Of a stretch of DNA of 64,000 nucleotides, positions 37,267-46,735 are shown one piece after another (positions within the stretch are counted from its first letter, which is position 1; the number at the start of each line of letters is the position of its first letter). The DNA is taken from assembly GCA_937858895.1 (NCBI GenBank), contig CALLZN010000288.1, positions 6,074 through 70,073 on the forward strand, in the 5' to 3' direction. This stretch comes from an uncultured bacterium. Lineage in GTDB: Bacteria > Planctomycetota > UBA1135 > GCA-002748355. The notes beneath the pieces are model-generated. The model worked only from the letters and a program-made list of their open reading frames with translations, was not told where the DNA came from and made no database searches. Both the position numbers and the translations under genes were made by a program.

Positions 37267-38383
37267 GACTCAGGACCTCCGTCGTTCGGCGCTTCGTCAC
37301 GCCAGCGTGCTCGTTGACGACTTCCGCGTCCGAGGCGAAGTCTCGCGGCAGGCGACTCGCCCTCGCCGCATCGACGTCGACTTCGGCGCAGAGCGCGAGC
37401 AGCCAGGCAGGCAAGTCCATGTGCTGGCGCAGCATGTCGAAACCGATGGCCTTCGCGGCCTTGAAGTCACGCATGTCGAAGCGAATGCGGGCTCGCAACA
37501 CACGCACGCTCGGGTGCGACCAGAGCTCGTCGCAGAGGGTCGCGAGCACGGCCTCGGCCTCGACGAGCTCACGGCGCTCACAGAGAGCGCGTGCGCGCAG
37601 AACAGTGCCACGGATATGGCCAGGCGCCTGCGCCTCGACGATGGCGCATTGCTCGAGGCAGGCGTCGAGCCTGAAGCCGCGCATCGTAGCGTCGAGGCTG
37701 CCGCTGCAGGCATAGGCCAGGTTGAGTTCGGCGAGCTCCGCCCGAAGTGCGATCTCGTCTCGCTGGTCGTCGACGCTCGAGCGCAGGGCCTCGACGACTT
37801 CGACGATGCGCCGCTCGTGCGAGCGGCGCACGGCGTCGAGTTCGAGGTAGGCGCAGAGACGCAACTCGCTGTCTTCGTCGGCGAGCATGCGCGCGAGCAG
37901 CGCCATGTGCTGCGGTTGACCAAGGCGCGCGAGCTTGCGAAGCGCATCCCGCTTCTGCTCGAGGTCGCCGGTCTGCAGCACTTCCTTGTAGCTGATCGAA
38001 TTGACTTCGCGGGCGAGGTCAGCTTCGAAATCACCGAGGAAACGCGGTGGCGCGTAGGCCTCGCAGCGGCCGAAGTTCCGTTCCACTTGCTCCAGCATCA
38101 CCCGCGACGCATCTGCCTCTTCGTCGGAAGCGACCGGCATCATCCAAGCGAGGGCGGGACCAAAGAGCGGCACGAGCAGGGCCGTGACGAGGACGGCATC
38201 GAACTCGCGCCCACCACGCACGCCGGCGCTTCGCGCCGCGAGCACGGCGAGAATGGCGGCATGCACATGAAACGACGCGGCCGCGAGGAGGCGTTCGAGC
38301 GATGCGTCGCGCAGCGCGCAGTTCAGCGACAGCGCTTCGGCGAGGATCGCCAGGCAACCATAGAAGACGCTGACGGCGTTCAT
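37259..38383 (-). CDS. pelE: PelE-like inner-membrane/TPR-like protein
   Basis: Sits between pelD and pelF. N-terminal TM segments are followed by a helical repeat region. Assigned mainly by synteny. Confidence 0.55.
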   Translation of the reverse strand: MNAVSVFYGCLAILAEALSLNCALRDASLERLLAAASFHVHAAILAVLAARSAGVRGGREFDAVLVTALLVPLFGPALAWMMPVASDEEADASRVMLEQVERNFGRCEAYAPPRFLGDFEADLAREVNSISYKEVLQTGDLEQKRDALRKLARLGQPQHMALLARMLADEDSELRLCAYLELDAVRRSHERRIVEVVEALRSSVDDQRDEIALRAELAELNLAYACSGSLDATMRGFRLDACLEQCAIVEAQAPGHIRGTVLRARALCERRELVEAEAVLATLCDELWSHPSVRVLRARIRFDMRDFKAAKAIGFDMLRQHMDLPAWLLALCAEVDVDAARASRLPRDFASDAEVVNEHAGVTKRRTTEVLSHA

Positions 38384-40755
38384 GCGTCTTCCTCCAGGCC
38401 GAAGTCGGCCACGCCATCTTCGACCTCGAGCACGTCGTCGAAGAGCTCATCGAAGCCAGCGTCGAAGGCATCCAAGAAGCGATCGAAGTCCGACTTGCGT
38501 GCGTCGTCGTCACTCGGCTCTGACAACGGGAACCCTGTGGACACAGCTTCCACTCGAGCATCACTCGCCGGGGCCTCGACCAGCGGCAGCGGAGGCTCTT
38601 CCGGCTCGCCGAGCACGCGCGCGAGGAAGCGCTCGTACTCGTCGTAGTTGTTGCCAAGGGCATAGACGCGCGCTTCGATGCGCGCCGTGAGTTCGGGGCT
38701 CGCGCGCTGCTCGAGCGCGGTCAGCACCCGTTCGAGGGTCGCGAACGCGCCGTCACAAGTCGCACCCGGCAAGACGAAGGCGAACTTGGCCACAGCGCTG
38801 CGGTAGACGCCATCCGTCGGCCGCAGCATCTGGCGCGCGACGTGCTCGACGTGGCGCGCCAAGACATTCCCACGTCGCTGATCGGCCGCTTCGTCGTGGA
38901 GCTCGACGACGTAGACCTCGATGCCGTTGCGCACCGCGATCGACCATTCGGTCCGCATGCGACGCACGAAGTCGTCGAGTCGACCAAGCTCCAAGTGCTC
39001 CGCCACAGAGACCGGCAGGCTTGCCTCGAGGGGCACATCGCTCGTGAGCCGGAAGGCATCGGCAATGTGCGGCACGAGCGAAGCGAGGTCCGGCGCGTCG
39101 ATGTCTGGCGCAAAGACGCGTGTGAGATAGCGCCCGAAGGGTCGCTCGACGGCTGCCTCGAGGCGCAGCTCGATCCGCGACCGAACGACAAGAGCCTCGG
39201 CGGCCGCCGTGCCGCTGAGCACGAGGACATAGCAGTGTCGATAGCCAAAGGAATACACGCCGTCGGTCGGTCGCAAGTCCGGGACGACTTGCTCGACGAC
39301 CCACTGATCGAGGACGCCGACGTCGTCGACCGCCTCGCCTGCCGGGTCGAGGCACTGCAGGGTGACGACGGCCGTCGAGATGCCTTGCCGGCTGCAGCGC
39401 GCGTCTTCGATGCGTAGACGTGCGCCGAGCTGCTTCGCCGATCCGAGCCAGGGCCCGATCGAGATGGCTTCGCGCAGGCCGAGTCCAAAGTCGAGAGCCT
39501 TGGGTCCAGCGCCGGTTCGGCGCAGCGTCACCGCCACCCAGTCCGCGATGCCGTAGAAGGTCATGACCGTCGCATCGTTGAAGGCGCGAACAGGTATGCG
39601 ATCGAGGCAAAGCAGAAGGCGCACGACCCCGGCGGCATCGGCGATCGGAGCGACGACGAGCGGTCCAGCCGCCACGAAGACTTCGTCGAGGCCAAAGCCG
39701 TTGCAGCGCTTCCCGGTCTCGAGCACGCTTTGGACGAGCGGGCTCGTCTCGGAGCTCGCGAGCAGATCGCGCAGTTCGTGCGCCTCGTAGCCACGATGCG
39801 CCGCGAGGTCGAGCAGGCCGTCCTCGAGGACGGAGATGAAGGCGCAATGCGTTGCGCCACAGTGCTCTTCGACCATCTCGAGCGCGACGTCGAAGAGCTC
39901 GTTCTCGCTCGCCGCCTCGAGCCGTGTCGCGGTCCGGATCAAGCTGCCGAACTGACTCGAACTGTCGACGAGCCGGCGCTTGATCTCGTGGTTGGCTTCG
40001 GCCAAGAGCTCCTTCTCGCGGCGCAGCAGCGCGAGTTCTTCCCACTGGTGCCGGTACTGCGTCCAAAGCCCTGCCGCGCGCCGGGCCGCGGCGTCCCGGA
40101 ACTCACCAACGACGAAGCCGACCGCGAAGAAGAGCAGCGCTTCCTGCATGACGCTGCGATCGAGCAGGGCGAGGAAGTCGCCATCGAGGGCACGATGTGC
40201 GCCGATGGCGTAGAGCACGGACGCGATCCCCGCCGCGACGATGGCACCCACGACGCCCCGCGCCGCAGACATCGGCAAGACCACGAGCCAATAGGGGTGC
40301 GGGTGGACGGCGTGAGAACCGATGGTGCCAGTGACCGCGATCTCGCCGAGCGCGATCAAGCCGAAGAGCACCAAGGCCTCGAGCAAACTCGCGACGAAGC
40401 GCTGCTCGCTGGGGGCAAAGGACGCGACGGCCTCTCCTTCGATCTGCGCTTGGATGTCGACGTCGTAGACGACGTCGTTGTCGCCGATGTCGTTGTCGAC
40501 GTCGTCGTCGGCCCGCGCCACGCCGCTGTGCTGGTCGTCGAGCCAGTCGAGGAGTTCTTCTGGGTCTTCGAAGTCCGCCTCCGCGTCGAGCGCGAAGTCC
40601 TCGCTGCGCAGTTCCGGCTCGACTGCGTCATCGACGCCGCCGTCGTCGACCGCACTGTCCGCGCTCTCCACATCGACTTCGACGAGGATGAAGTCCTCGT
40701 CGAGGTCGAGCTCCAGCGCATCATCGTGAGCGCGCTTCACCAGCGCACGACCCAT
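38380..40755 (-). CDS. pelD: PelD-like c-di-GMP receptor (TM, GAF, two degenerate GGDEF-like modules) with acidic N- and C-terminal tails
   Basis: TM region at residues 120-215 and a GAF-like region. RIED (RxxD-type) at residues 448-451. LRPTDGVY occurs twice, 150 residues apart. Synteny with pelE/F/G. Confidence 0.7.
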   Translation of the reverse strand: MGRALVKRAHDDALELDLDEDFILVEVDVESADSAVDDGGVDDAVEPELRSEDFALDAEADFEDPEELLDWLDDQHSGVARADDDVDNDIGDNDVVYDVDIQAQIEGEAVASFAPSEQRFVASLLEALVLFGLIALGEIAVTGTIGSHAVHPHPYWLVVLPMSAARGVVGAIVAAGIASVLYAIGAHRALDGDFLALLDRSVMQEALLFFAVGFVVGEFRDAAARRAAGLWTQYRHQWEELALLRREKELLAEANHEIKRRLVDSSSQFGSLIRTATRLEAASENELFDVALEMVEEHCGATHCAFISVLEDGLLDLAAHRGYEAHELRDLLASSETSPLVQSVLETGKRCNGFGLDEVFVAAGPLVVAPIADAAGVVRLLLCLDRIPVRAFNDATVMTFYGIADWVAVTLRRTGAGPKALDFGLGLREAISIGPWLGSAKQLGARLRIEDARCSRQGISTAVVTLQCLDPAGEAVDDVGVLDQWVVEQVVPDLRPTDGVYSFGYRHCYVLVLSGTAAAEALVVRSRIELRLEAAVERPFGRYLTRVFAPDIDAPDLASLVPHIADAFRLTSDVPLEASLPVSVAEHLELGRLDDFVRRMRTEWSIAVRNGIEVYVVELHDEAADQRRGNVLARHVEHVARQMLRPTDGVYRSAVAKFAFVLPGATCDGAFATLERVLTALEQRASPELTARIEARVYALGNNYDEYERFLARVLGEPEEPPLPLVEAPASDARVEAVSTGFPLSEPSDDDARKSDFDRFLDAFDAGFDELFDDVLEVEDGVADFGLEEDA

Positions 40756-43700
40756 TGAAGACCGAGGCGCAGGCTGGCCTCGTTGCCGCTGCGTCCGAGC
40801 GTGCTGCCTGAAGCCGCCGTCAGCGAGAACTCGTGGTGGCGCGACGGTCGCCAGGTCGCCGCCGTGGACGCGCCCCAGAGCACGTCACCGCTGTGAAACT
40901 CGTGGCCGAGATGGGCCGACGCAGCGACCCCGAAGCCTTCGGCGAAGCTCCGTTCGGCGGCGATGGTCGCTTGCACGGACGTCGAGCGCCGCGCGATCGG
41001 CAAGGAGCTCGGCAAGTCTGCGTTGCCCGCAAAGCCGCTCGATGCGAGCGTCAGCCAGGCCTGGGCCAGCAGCGCACGCGCGGCGCCGCTGTGGGCGACC
41101 GGGCTCCCTTCGCGCGCGGATGCGACGTGGCGTGCGCGCCAGAGCGGCGTCGTCACGAGCGGACCCGCGGTGAGGCGGCGACCGAGGCTCGCGCTGGCCT
41201 GCCATTCGTCGTCGCTTCTGGCGACACCGCCATCGAAGAGAGCGCTGAGCCGCCGCAGCCGAGACTCGGCGCCGAGCCACCAGGCATCGCCGACTTCGAG
41301 CCACGTCGCAACTTCGAGCGACGTCGCGCGACCCTCGAGCCCGGCCGCTGCAGCAGGCTCGGCCCAGAGTTCGTTCCACGCGAGACGGGCCTCGACGAGG
41401 TGGTAGGGCTCGTCGCCGATCAGGCGTCCTGCGACGAAGGCCCCGACGTCAGAACCCGGGACGTCAGGCGCGGCAAAGAAGCCGGCGGCGAGGCCGCGTT
41501 TCGCGCCGTAGCGCCACTCGGCACCGACGTCGACGAGAGCCGAGCGCGCGACGACCTCGCTGGTGCCGCCGCGATGGCCGGCCGCGTAACCACGCCACTC
41601 GCCGTAGCCGAGCGAAGCGAAGACGCGCGTGTCCTCGCGGCCCGTCTCGAAGCTCCCGTGCTCGCGGAGCTCGAAGGCCTCGTCGTTACCGACCCGCGAC
41701 GACAGGACCGTCGTCCGCAACGTGCTCGCGGTCACGTCGAAGAGCCGCGCCTCGTTCGCGCTTCCATGCGCGTCGCCGGGGCGCAGCTGCAAGAAGCGCC
41801 GATAGGCATCGCGCGCCGCGTGCAGCTCGGCGCGCTCCTCTTGCACGTGGGCCAAGTCCGCGAGCAGACCAGCGTCCTCGCCGTGCAGCTCGAGGTGGCG
41901 CTCGAGGTGGAGCGCCGCTTCGTCGAAGCGCTCCTCCTTGGTCAAGGCCGCCGCGTGGACGCGCAGCGCCCGCCGATGCGACGGGTCGACGGCCAACAGC
42001 TTCGCGGTCGTGCCGTAGGCCGCTTCGAAGTCGCGAGCGAGGACGCAGGCCTCGGCGTGGTCGAGGGCGACTTCCTCGTTGCTTGGTTGTTCGCGCACGA
42101 GCTCGGCGAAGAGCACCCGCGCCTGCGTGACGTCGCTGATGCGGAGCAAGGCCTTCGCGAGCATCAAGCGCTCGTTGAAGCTCGCGCTCGTGCGCGCACC
42201 GAGTTCGCGCGCAACTTCCTTGTGGACACGCCGCGCCTCGCTCCCGCGCTCCGCCGCGAAAAGCGCCTCGCCGAGGTAGAAGCTTACGGTCGCACGATCC
42301 TCGTTCGAGACCGCCAAGCGACGCTCGAGGTAGGTGATGGCCGTGGACGCTCGATCCGTCCACGAGAGGATCAAGCCACAGCGCAGCAGCGCATGGGCGT
42401 GCCGCTCGTCGAGCTCGAGGACCTTGCGGTAATAGGCGAGGGCCGCCTCGGGTCGCTCTTCGGCGAAGAGGATGTCTGCTGCCTCGAGCAGGTGCTCGAC
42501 GCTCGATCCGTCGCTGTTGGCGATGGCGACGATGGCCTCGATCGCGTCGTCCGTCCGACCGTGCGCGAAGAGCGCTTCGATCAAGCGCCGCTGCGCTCGC
42601 GAGTGCACTCCCTCCGCATCGGCGAGGCGCCGCCAGAGAGTCAGCGCCTCGGAGCGGCGCTCCGCCGCCTCGTAGAGGTCAGCGAGGAGGCGCAGGTTGT
42701 CGTGGTCGTGGCTGACCAAGGCAGCGTAGTGCTCGCGCGCTTCGATCTCCTTGGTCACCCGCTCGGTCCAAGTAGCGCGCTCGATCCAGAGCTTCGCGAG
42801 GTCCGCGCGGTCAGGGAAGCTCAACGCCAGCTCCTTCGCGGCATCACAACGACGCAGAGGATCTGGCTCCAGATCGAGGAGCTCGGCGCGCAGCTCGATC
42901 GACTCTGCGTGCTGCGGAAAACGCTCGAGGGCTTGAGCGACGACTTCGCGCACCTGGCTCTGGTCGAAGAGCGGTCGCAGTCGACGCACCATCGCGAGCA
43001 AGGCCTCGGGTCGGATGCGCGCGTCGAACATCGGCGCGCCGAAGTCGCGCGGCAGGGTGACTTCACGCAAAGCCTCGCTCTCACTCGCTCGCGCCAAGAC
43101 ATGCGGCGCACGCTCGGCTTCGATCGGCACGCCAGCGAGGCTCGCGACAACACGCGCGACGGCGCTGCGCTCGCCGCGTGCGACCAGCAGGGACACGAGC
43201 TCGGCGCCCACGCTGACATCGCCGGCCGCGAGGCGTGTTTCGAGCGAGCGCAGCAAGAGATCGTCGAGGCCTAGGCGTCGGTAGAGGCCGTCGAGGCGCG
43301 CCGCGACTTCGCCGTCGAAGGCCACGGCCAGCTCGCGCTCGAGGGCTTCGATCGCGAGACGGGGCCGCAAATCCTGCAAGGCCAGGTCGGCGATCTTCTG
43401 CGAAAGCGCGCGGCGCGCATCGCCTTCGAGCTTGGGCACGACCTCGGCGAGAATCGACAGCCCATCGCTCGTGTATCCGCTCTCGAGCGCGAGTCGAGCG
43501 GCGGCCTCCATGTGCGCGACCTCGCCGATGCTGCGCGCGAGCTCGACGGCGTGCGGGACCGCCGCCTCGGGTCGACCGATGGCCGGGTAGAGCGCGACCA
43601 AGTCCTCGCGTGCGGCCTTGATCGCCGCGTCGTCGTTTGTGACTGCGAGGACAGCTTCGAGGGCGTCGACCCGCGCCTCGTCCAAGCCGATCCACGATGC

Positions 43701-44465
43701 GACGCGTGCCCGCCTCAGCAAGAAGGCCTCGAGCTCAGACGCTTCGACGTAGGGTGCTCCGCTCTGTACGAGCCACGCCTCGGTCAGGCGACCGTAGGCG
43801 AGGGCGTCGGCGACGAGGCCTTCGCGCAGCGCGGCCGAGAGGCGGTCGTCGTTCGGCGTTGCGTCAGCTGCGAGCGCGCGCAAACGCCAGCGTCGAGCCG
43901 CGCGCGGTCGACCGAGCGAAGCGAAGCTCCGCGCCAGCGCCGCCGCGGACCTGGGGTCCAGACCGCTGCGTCCGAGCCCGGCTTGCAGGTTGGCGGCGCG
44001 CGCGTCGACGCCGATCATCGTGTTCGTCACAGCCTCGGTCACGAGCGGCGCGAAGAAGGCTTCGGTCTCACGCGCGACGGCCGAGTCCTCCCCGAGGCCA
44101 ACGAGTTCTTCCGCCCAAGCGTCGGGCTGCTCGAGAGCGAGCTCCAGCAGCACTGCTGCGTCGACGCCCGTGTCCTCGAGCGGGCTCAGCTCCTTGCGCA
44201 AGAGCGTGACCGCCGTCCGGATCAAGGGCAGCGTCGCCGCCGTCCCGCTGATGCCCTCGAGCATCGCGAGCGCGGTTCGCGCGTCGCCGCTCTGCCGTGC
44301 TCGCGCCAGGAGCTGCCACACCGTTTCGATCTCGAGGCCGGTGCGTGTATCGAAGCCGGAGAAACTCGAGGCCTCGTCGTGTGGACCCGGGAGGCCGACG
44401 AGGACGATGAGCGCCAGGGCACCGACCAACACGAAGAGAACGACGTTCCAGCGCGAGAGCTTCAC
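40737..44465 (-). CDS. pelB: PelB-like TPR-rich export scaffold with a C-terminal beta-barrel
   Basis: 1242 aa with an N-terminal TM anchor and long Ala/Leu/Arg-rich TPR-like repeats. The C-terminal region of about 330 aa has alternating beta-strand character and ends ...LGLQWVVRW (aromatic terminus). The GTG start overlaps the pelA stop (GTGA). Confidence 0.65.
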   Translation of the reverse strand: MKLSRWNVVLFVLVGALALIVLVGLPGPHDEASSFSGFDTRTGLEIETVWQLLARARQSGDARTALAMLEGISGTAATLPLIRTAVTLLRKELSPLEDTGVDAAVLLELALEQPDAWAEELVGLGEDSAVARETEAFFAPLVTEAVTNTMIGVDARAANLQAGLGRSGLDPRSAAALARSFASLGRPRAARRWRLRALAADATPNDDRLSAALREGLVADALAYGRLTEAWLVQSGAPYVEASELEAFLLRRARVASWIGLDEARVDALEAVLAVTNDDAAIKAAREDLVALYPAIGRPEAAVPHAVELARSIGEVAHMEAAARLALESGYTSDGLSILAEVVPKLEGDARRALSQKIADLALQDLRPRLAIEALERELAVAFDGEVAARLDGLYRRLGLDDLLLRSLETRLAAGDVSVGAELVSLLVARGERSAVARVVASLAGVPIEAERAPHVLARASESEALREVTLPRDFGAPMFDARIRPEALLAMVRRLRPLFDQSQVREVVAQALERFPQHAESIELRAELLDLEPDPLRRCDAAKELALSFPDRADLAKLWIERATWTERVTKEIEAREHYAALVSHDHDNLRLLADLYEAAERRSEALTLWRRLADAEGVHSRAQRRLIEALFAHGRTDDAIEAIVAIANSDGSSVEHLLEAADILFAEERPEAALAYYRKVLELDERHAHALLRCGLILSWTDRASTAITYLERRLAVSNEDRATVSFYLGEALFAAERGSEARRVHKEVARELGARTSASFNERLMLAKALLRISDVTQARVLFAELVREQPSNEEVALDHAEACVLARDFEAAYGTTAKLLAVDPSHRRALRVHAAALTKEERFDEAALHLERHLELHGEDAGLLADLAHVQEERAELHAARDAYRRFLQLRPGDAHGSANEARLFDVTASTLRTTVLSSRVGNDEAFELREHGSFETGREDTRVFASLGYGEWRGYAAGHRGGTSEVVARSALVDVGAEWRYGAKRGLAAGFFAAPDVPGSDVGAFVAGRLIGDEPYHLVEARLAWNELWAEPAAAAGLEGRATSLEVATWLEVGDAWWLGAESRLRRLSALFDGGVARSDDEWQASASLGRRLTAGPLVTTPLWRARHVASAREGSPVAHSGAARALLAQAWLTLASSGFAGNADLPSSLPIARRSTSVQATIAAERSFAEGFGVAASAHLGHEFHSGDVLWGASTAATWRPSRHHEFSLTAASGSTLGRSGNEASLRLGLQWVVRW

Positions 44466-46597
44466 GGCAGGCGGACCTCGACGCGCGTGTCCCCGCCTGG
44501 AGGCGCTTCGATCGTGACGCGACCTGTCGCGTCGGCGCGCCGCGACTCCACATGACCGTCAAGGACGACGTCAACGACCGCCCCCGGCGCAAAGCCATTG
44601 CAAACGATGCTGCGCGGCGCGACCGACCGGGAACGGAAGCTCACGCCTCTCGCGTCCCGCTCGATGTCCTCGAGGATGTGGCTCGCCTCCTCGATGTGCG
44701 GGCTCGACGCCGTTGCATCATCGCGCGCGGACTGCGCCTGAAACTGCAAGCTCGCGCAGGGGCCGCCAAGCAAGAAGTAGCGTGAGCCAGCAATGCGCCG
44801 CTCTCCGACGATGCCCGGCGAAGCAGCCCAATCGATGCGTCGGTCGTCGCCGTCGAGCCGCACGGTGCGGCAAGCCTCGAAACCCGAGAAGCGCCATCCG
44901 CGCGGCTCGCGCTCGACGTGGCAGCGCTGCCGTGCATCGAGGACCGCGCGTACATAGTCCGAGGCATAGATAGCGGCCGTTCGCTCGCGCCGCCCCCAGC
45001 GATCGAGGACCTGTTGAAGGGCGCGCAGTCGCGGCGGACGTTCGACCGAGTAGAAGTGCGCGTAAACATTCGCCGGCTTGAGGATGCGACCGGTCCCACT
45101 GCGCTCGATCGTTCGATCCACATGTGCGAAGGCGCCGGGCATCGTAGAGAAGAAGCCGTCGAAGACGTTCTCGTTCGGCGCCGCGCAATAAACCTGGTAT
45201 TCGTCGCCGACGCTGCGCCCACGCGGCTGAACGAAGCTCACCGAAGCGTGGAGCTCGTCCCAACGGGCAACACCACCATTGATGTTGAGCAGCCCCAGCT
45301 CGCGCACGGCGCGCAGCGCGGCCTCGTCGGGATTGGCCATACCCGACCAAAAGAAGAGGCGGCAGGCCTTGCCGTCCGGCACGAGGTAATCCTCGAAGAA
45401 GCGCAGCGACTCGCGCACTTCGGAAACCATGTCGTGGCGATACGAAGCGAGCCCGTCATACCAGTTGACGACCCGCCGTGGCGTCGCCTTCGTCCACTTG
45501 CGACGCCAGTCGAGCGGGTGCAGGACCGAGTGGCTAGCGATCTCGACCTTCGGATCCGCAAAGAGCCGACGCGCAACCTGCATCGCGTGCGTCGGGGCTT
45601 CGGGCCGGATGTCGTCGGTCACGCTGGCGACGATGACGCTGAGCGTCATCGGTAGGTCGTAGCGCGCGAGGACCTCGTTCGCGAAGACCTCGCCACAGAT
45701 CAGGTCGTCGCGTCCTTGCACGCGAACCGTCGATTGGCTCTCGAAGCCATCACCGTCCACATGAAAGAAAAAGCCGCGCCGCCCACAATAAACATTCGGA
45801 TCCGCACAAGGGACCCCAATGCGATCCAGCGCTGCCGCGAAGAAGGCAAAAGGATCGACGTGCCAGCGCCGGTCGACGTGCACACCACCTGGCGTGAATG
45901 CCCACGGCAAGAGGGCGATGCCACCCCATGGCCCTGTGACGATCGGCGTGCGCACGTCACCCTTGCTGCGGTCTTGCGTGCGCAGCCAAACGCAGTTCAG
46001 AGCGTCGAAGGACGCTGGCCCGAGGTGTACGCTGCGTCGGCTTTGGCGACCCTCGTAGCCGGTCTCACGACCAGGTTCCCCCTGGACCTCGATCTGCACG
46101 GGATCGCCATTCCATCCGTCCTTGTGCTCGAGGCCGAAACCACGCAACCACTTGGCCAAGCGCGCTCGATCGAGGTCGAGCGGGCCGAAGTCGCCGAAGT
46201 GCACGAAGCGCACGTGTGCGTGGCGCCGCGCTTCATCCAGGAAGTCCCAGACCCAAGGCTCGGCTTCGTCGCCGTAGTAGAACGAAGTCATCACGGCGGC
46301 GACGTCGTTCCACGCAGTCTTCGAGGGCCGCTCCGCCTTGGCGTCGACGGGCACGACCTCGAGTCCCAAATGCTCGATCGGCAGCTCGAGCATGTCACGC
46401 ACGGCGTCGTCGCGCGACGACCCTCGGTCGTGGCTCAGGCGCGAAGCGAGGACGAGCACTTGCCGGCGCACGCGCGGCCCGTCCGCCTCGTGCTCGAGCG
46501 TCGGATCAGCCTGCGCCGCGCCCGCGACGAGGAAGGTCCCGACCGCGAGAAGCGCGCGGATGGACAGCGATTCGCGTCGTGGTGACTTCGAGCGCAA
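44462..46597 (-). CDS. pelA: PelA-like protein lacking the N-terminal hydrolase domain (reductase-like, CE4-type deacetylase and beta-jelly-roll regions)
   Basis: Signal peptide SLSIRALLAVGTFLVAGAAQA. FFFHVDGDGFES and EIASHSVLHP are deacetylase-like motifs. First position in the pel operon. TTG start at 46595-46597. Confidence 0.6.
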   Translation of the reverse strand: MRSKSPRRESLSIRALLAVGTFLVAGAAQADPTLEHEADGPRVRRQVLVLASRLSHDRGSSRDDAVRDMLELPIEHLGLEVVPVDAKAERPSKTAWNDVAAVMTSFYYGDEAEPWVWDFLDEARRHAHVRFVHFGDFGPLDLDRARLAKWLRGFGLEHKDGWNGDPVQIEVQGEPGRETGYEGRQSRRSVHLGPASFDALNCVWLRTQDRSKGDVRTPIVTGPWGGIALLPWAFTPGGVHVDRRWHVDPFAFFAAALDRIGVPCADPNVYCGRRGFFFHVDGDGFESQSTVRVQGRDDLICGEVFANEVLARYDLPMTLSVIVASVTDDIRPEAPTHAMQVARRLFADPKVEIASHSVLHPLDWRRKWTKATPRRVVNWYDGLASYRHDMVSEVRESLRFFEDYLVPDGKACRLFFWSGMANPDEAALRAVRELGLLNINGGVARWDELHASVSFVQPRGRSVGDEYQVYCAAPNENVFDGFFSTMPGAFAHVDRTIERSGTGRILKPANVYAHFYSVERPPRLRALQQVLDRWGRRERTAAIYASDYVRAVLDARQRCHVEREPRGWRFSGFEACRTVRLDGDDRRIDWAASPGIVGERRIAGSRYFLLGGPCASLQFQAQSARDDATASSPHIEEASHILEDIERDARGVSFRSRSVAPRSIVCNGFAPGAVVDVVLDGHVESRRADATGRVTIEAPPGGDTRVEVRLP

Positions 46598-46735
46598 GAC
46601 CAGAGAACCTGGACATGAGTGGCACTACAGAAAGCACTGCTGGAACGGAACTGCTGTGGTGGTTCGATCGACCGTCCAAAGACTGAGACTTGAAGCTCTG
46701 CAGGCGCGGCTCGGTCATGACCGATCGATGGATTC

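Noticed and set aside
40833-43274. 813-aa + strand ORF, and similar long ORFs: 58750..61119 +, 31115..32860 +, 17428..18753 +, 14867..16141 +, 5293..6546 +, 22995..24482 -, 48086..49354 +, 55227..56444 -, 61515..62819 +.
   Set aside because: Each lies antisense to a gene with clear family motifs. They are Arg/Ala/Gly/Asp-rich with no motifs. They are the expected stop-free shadow frames of a high-GC genome.
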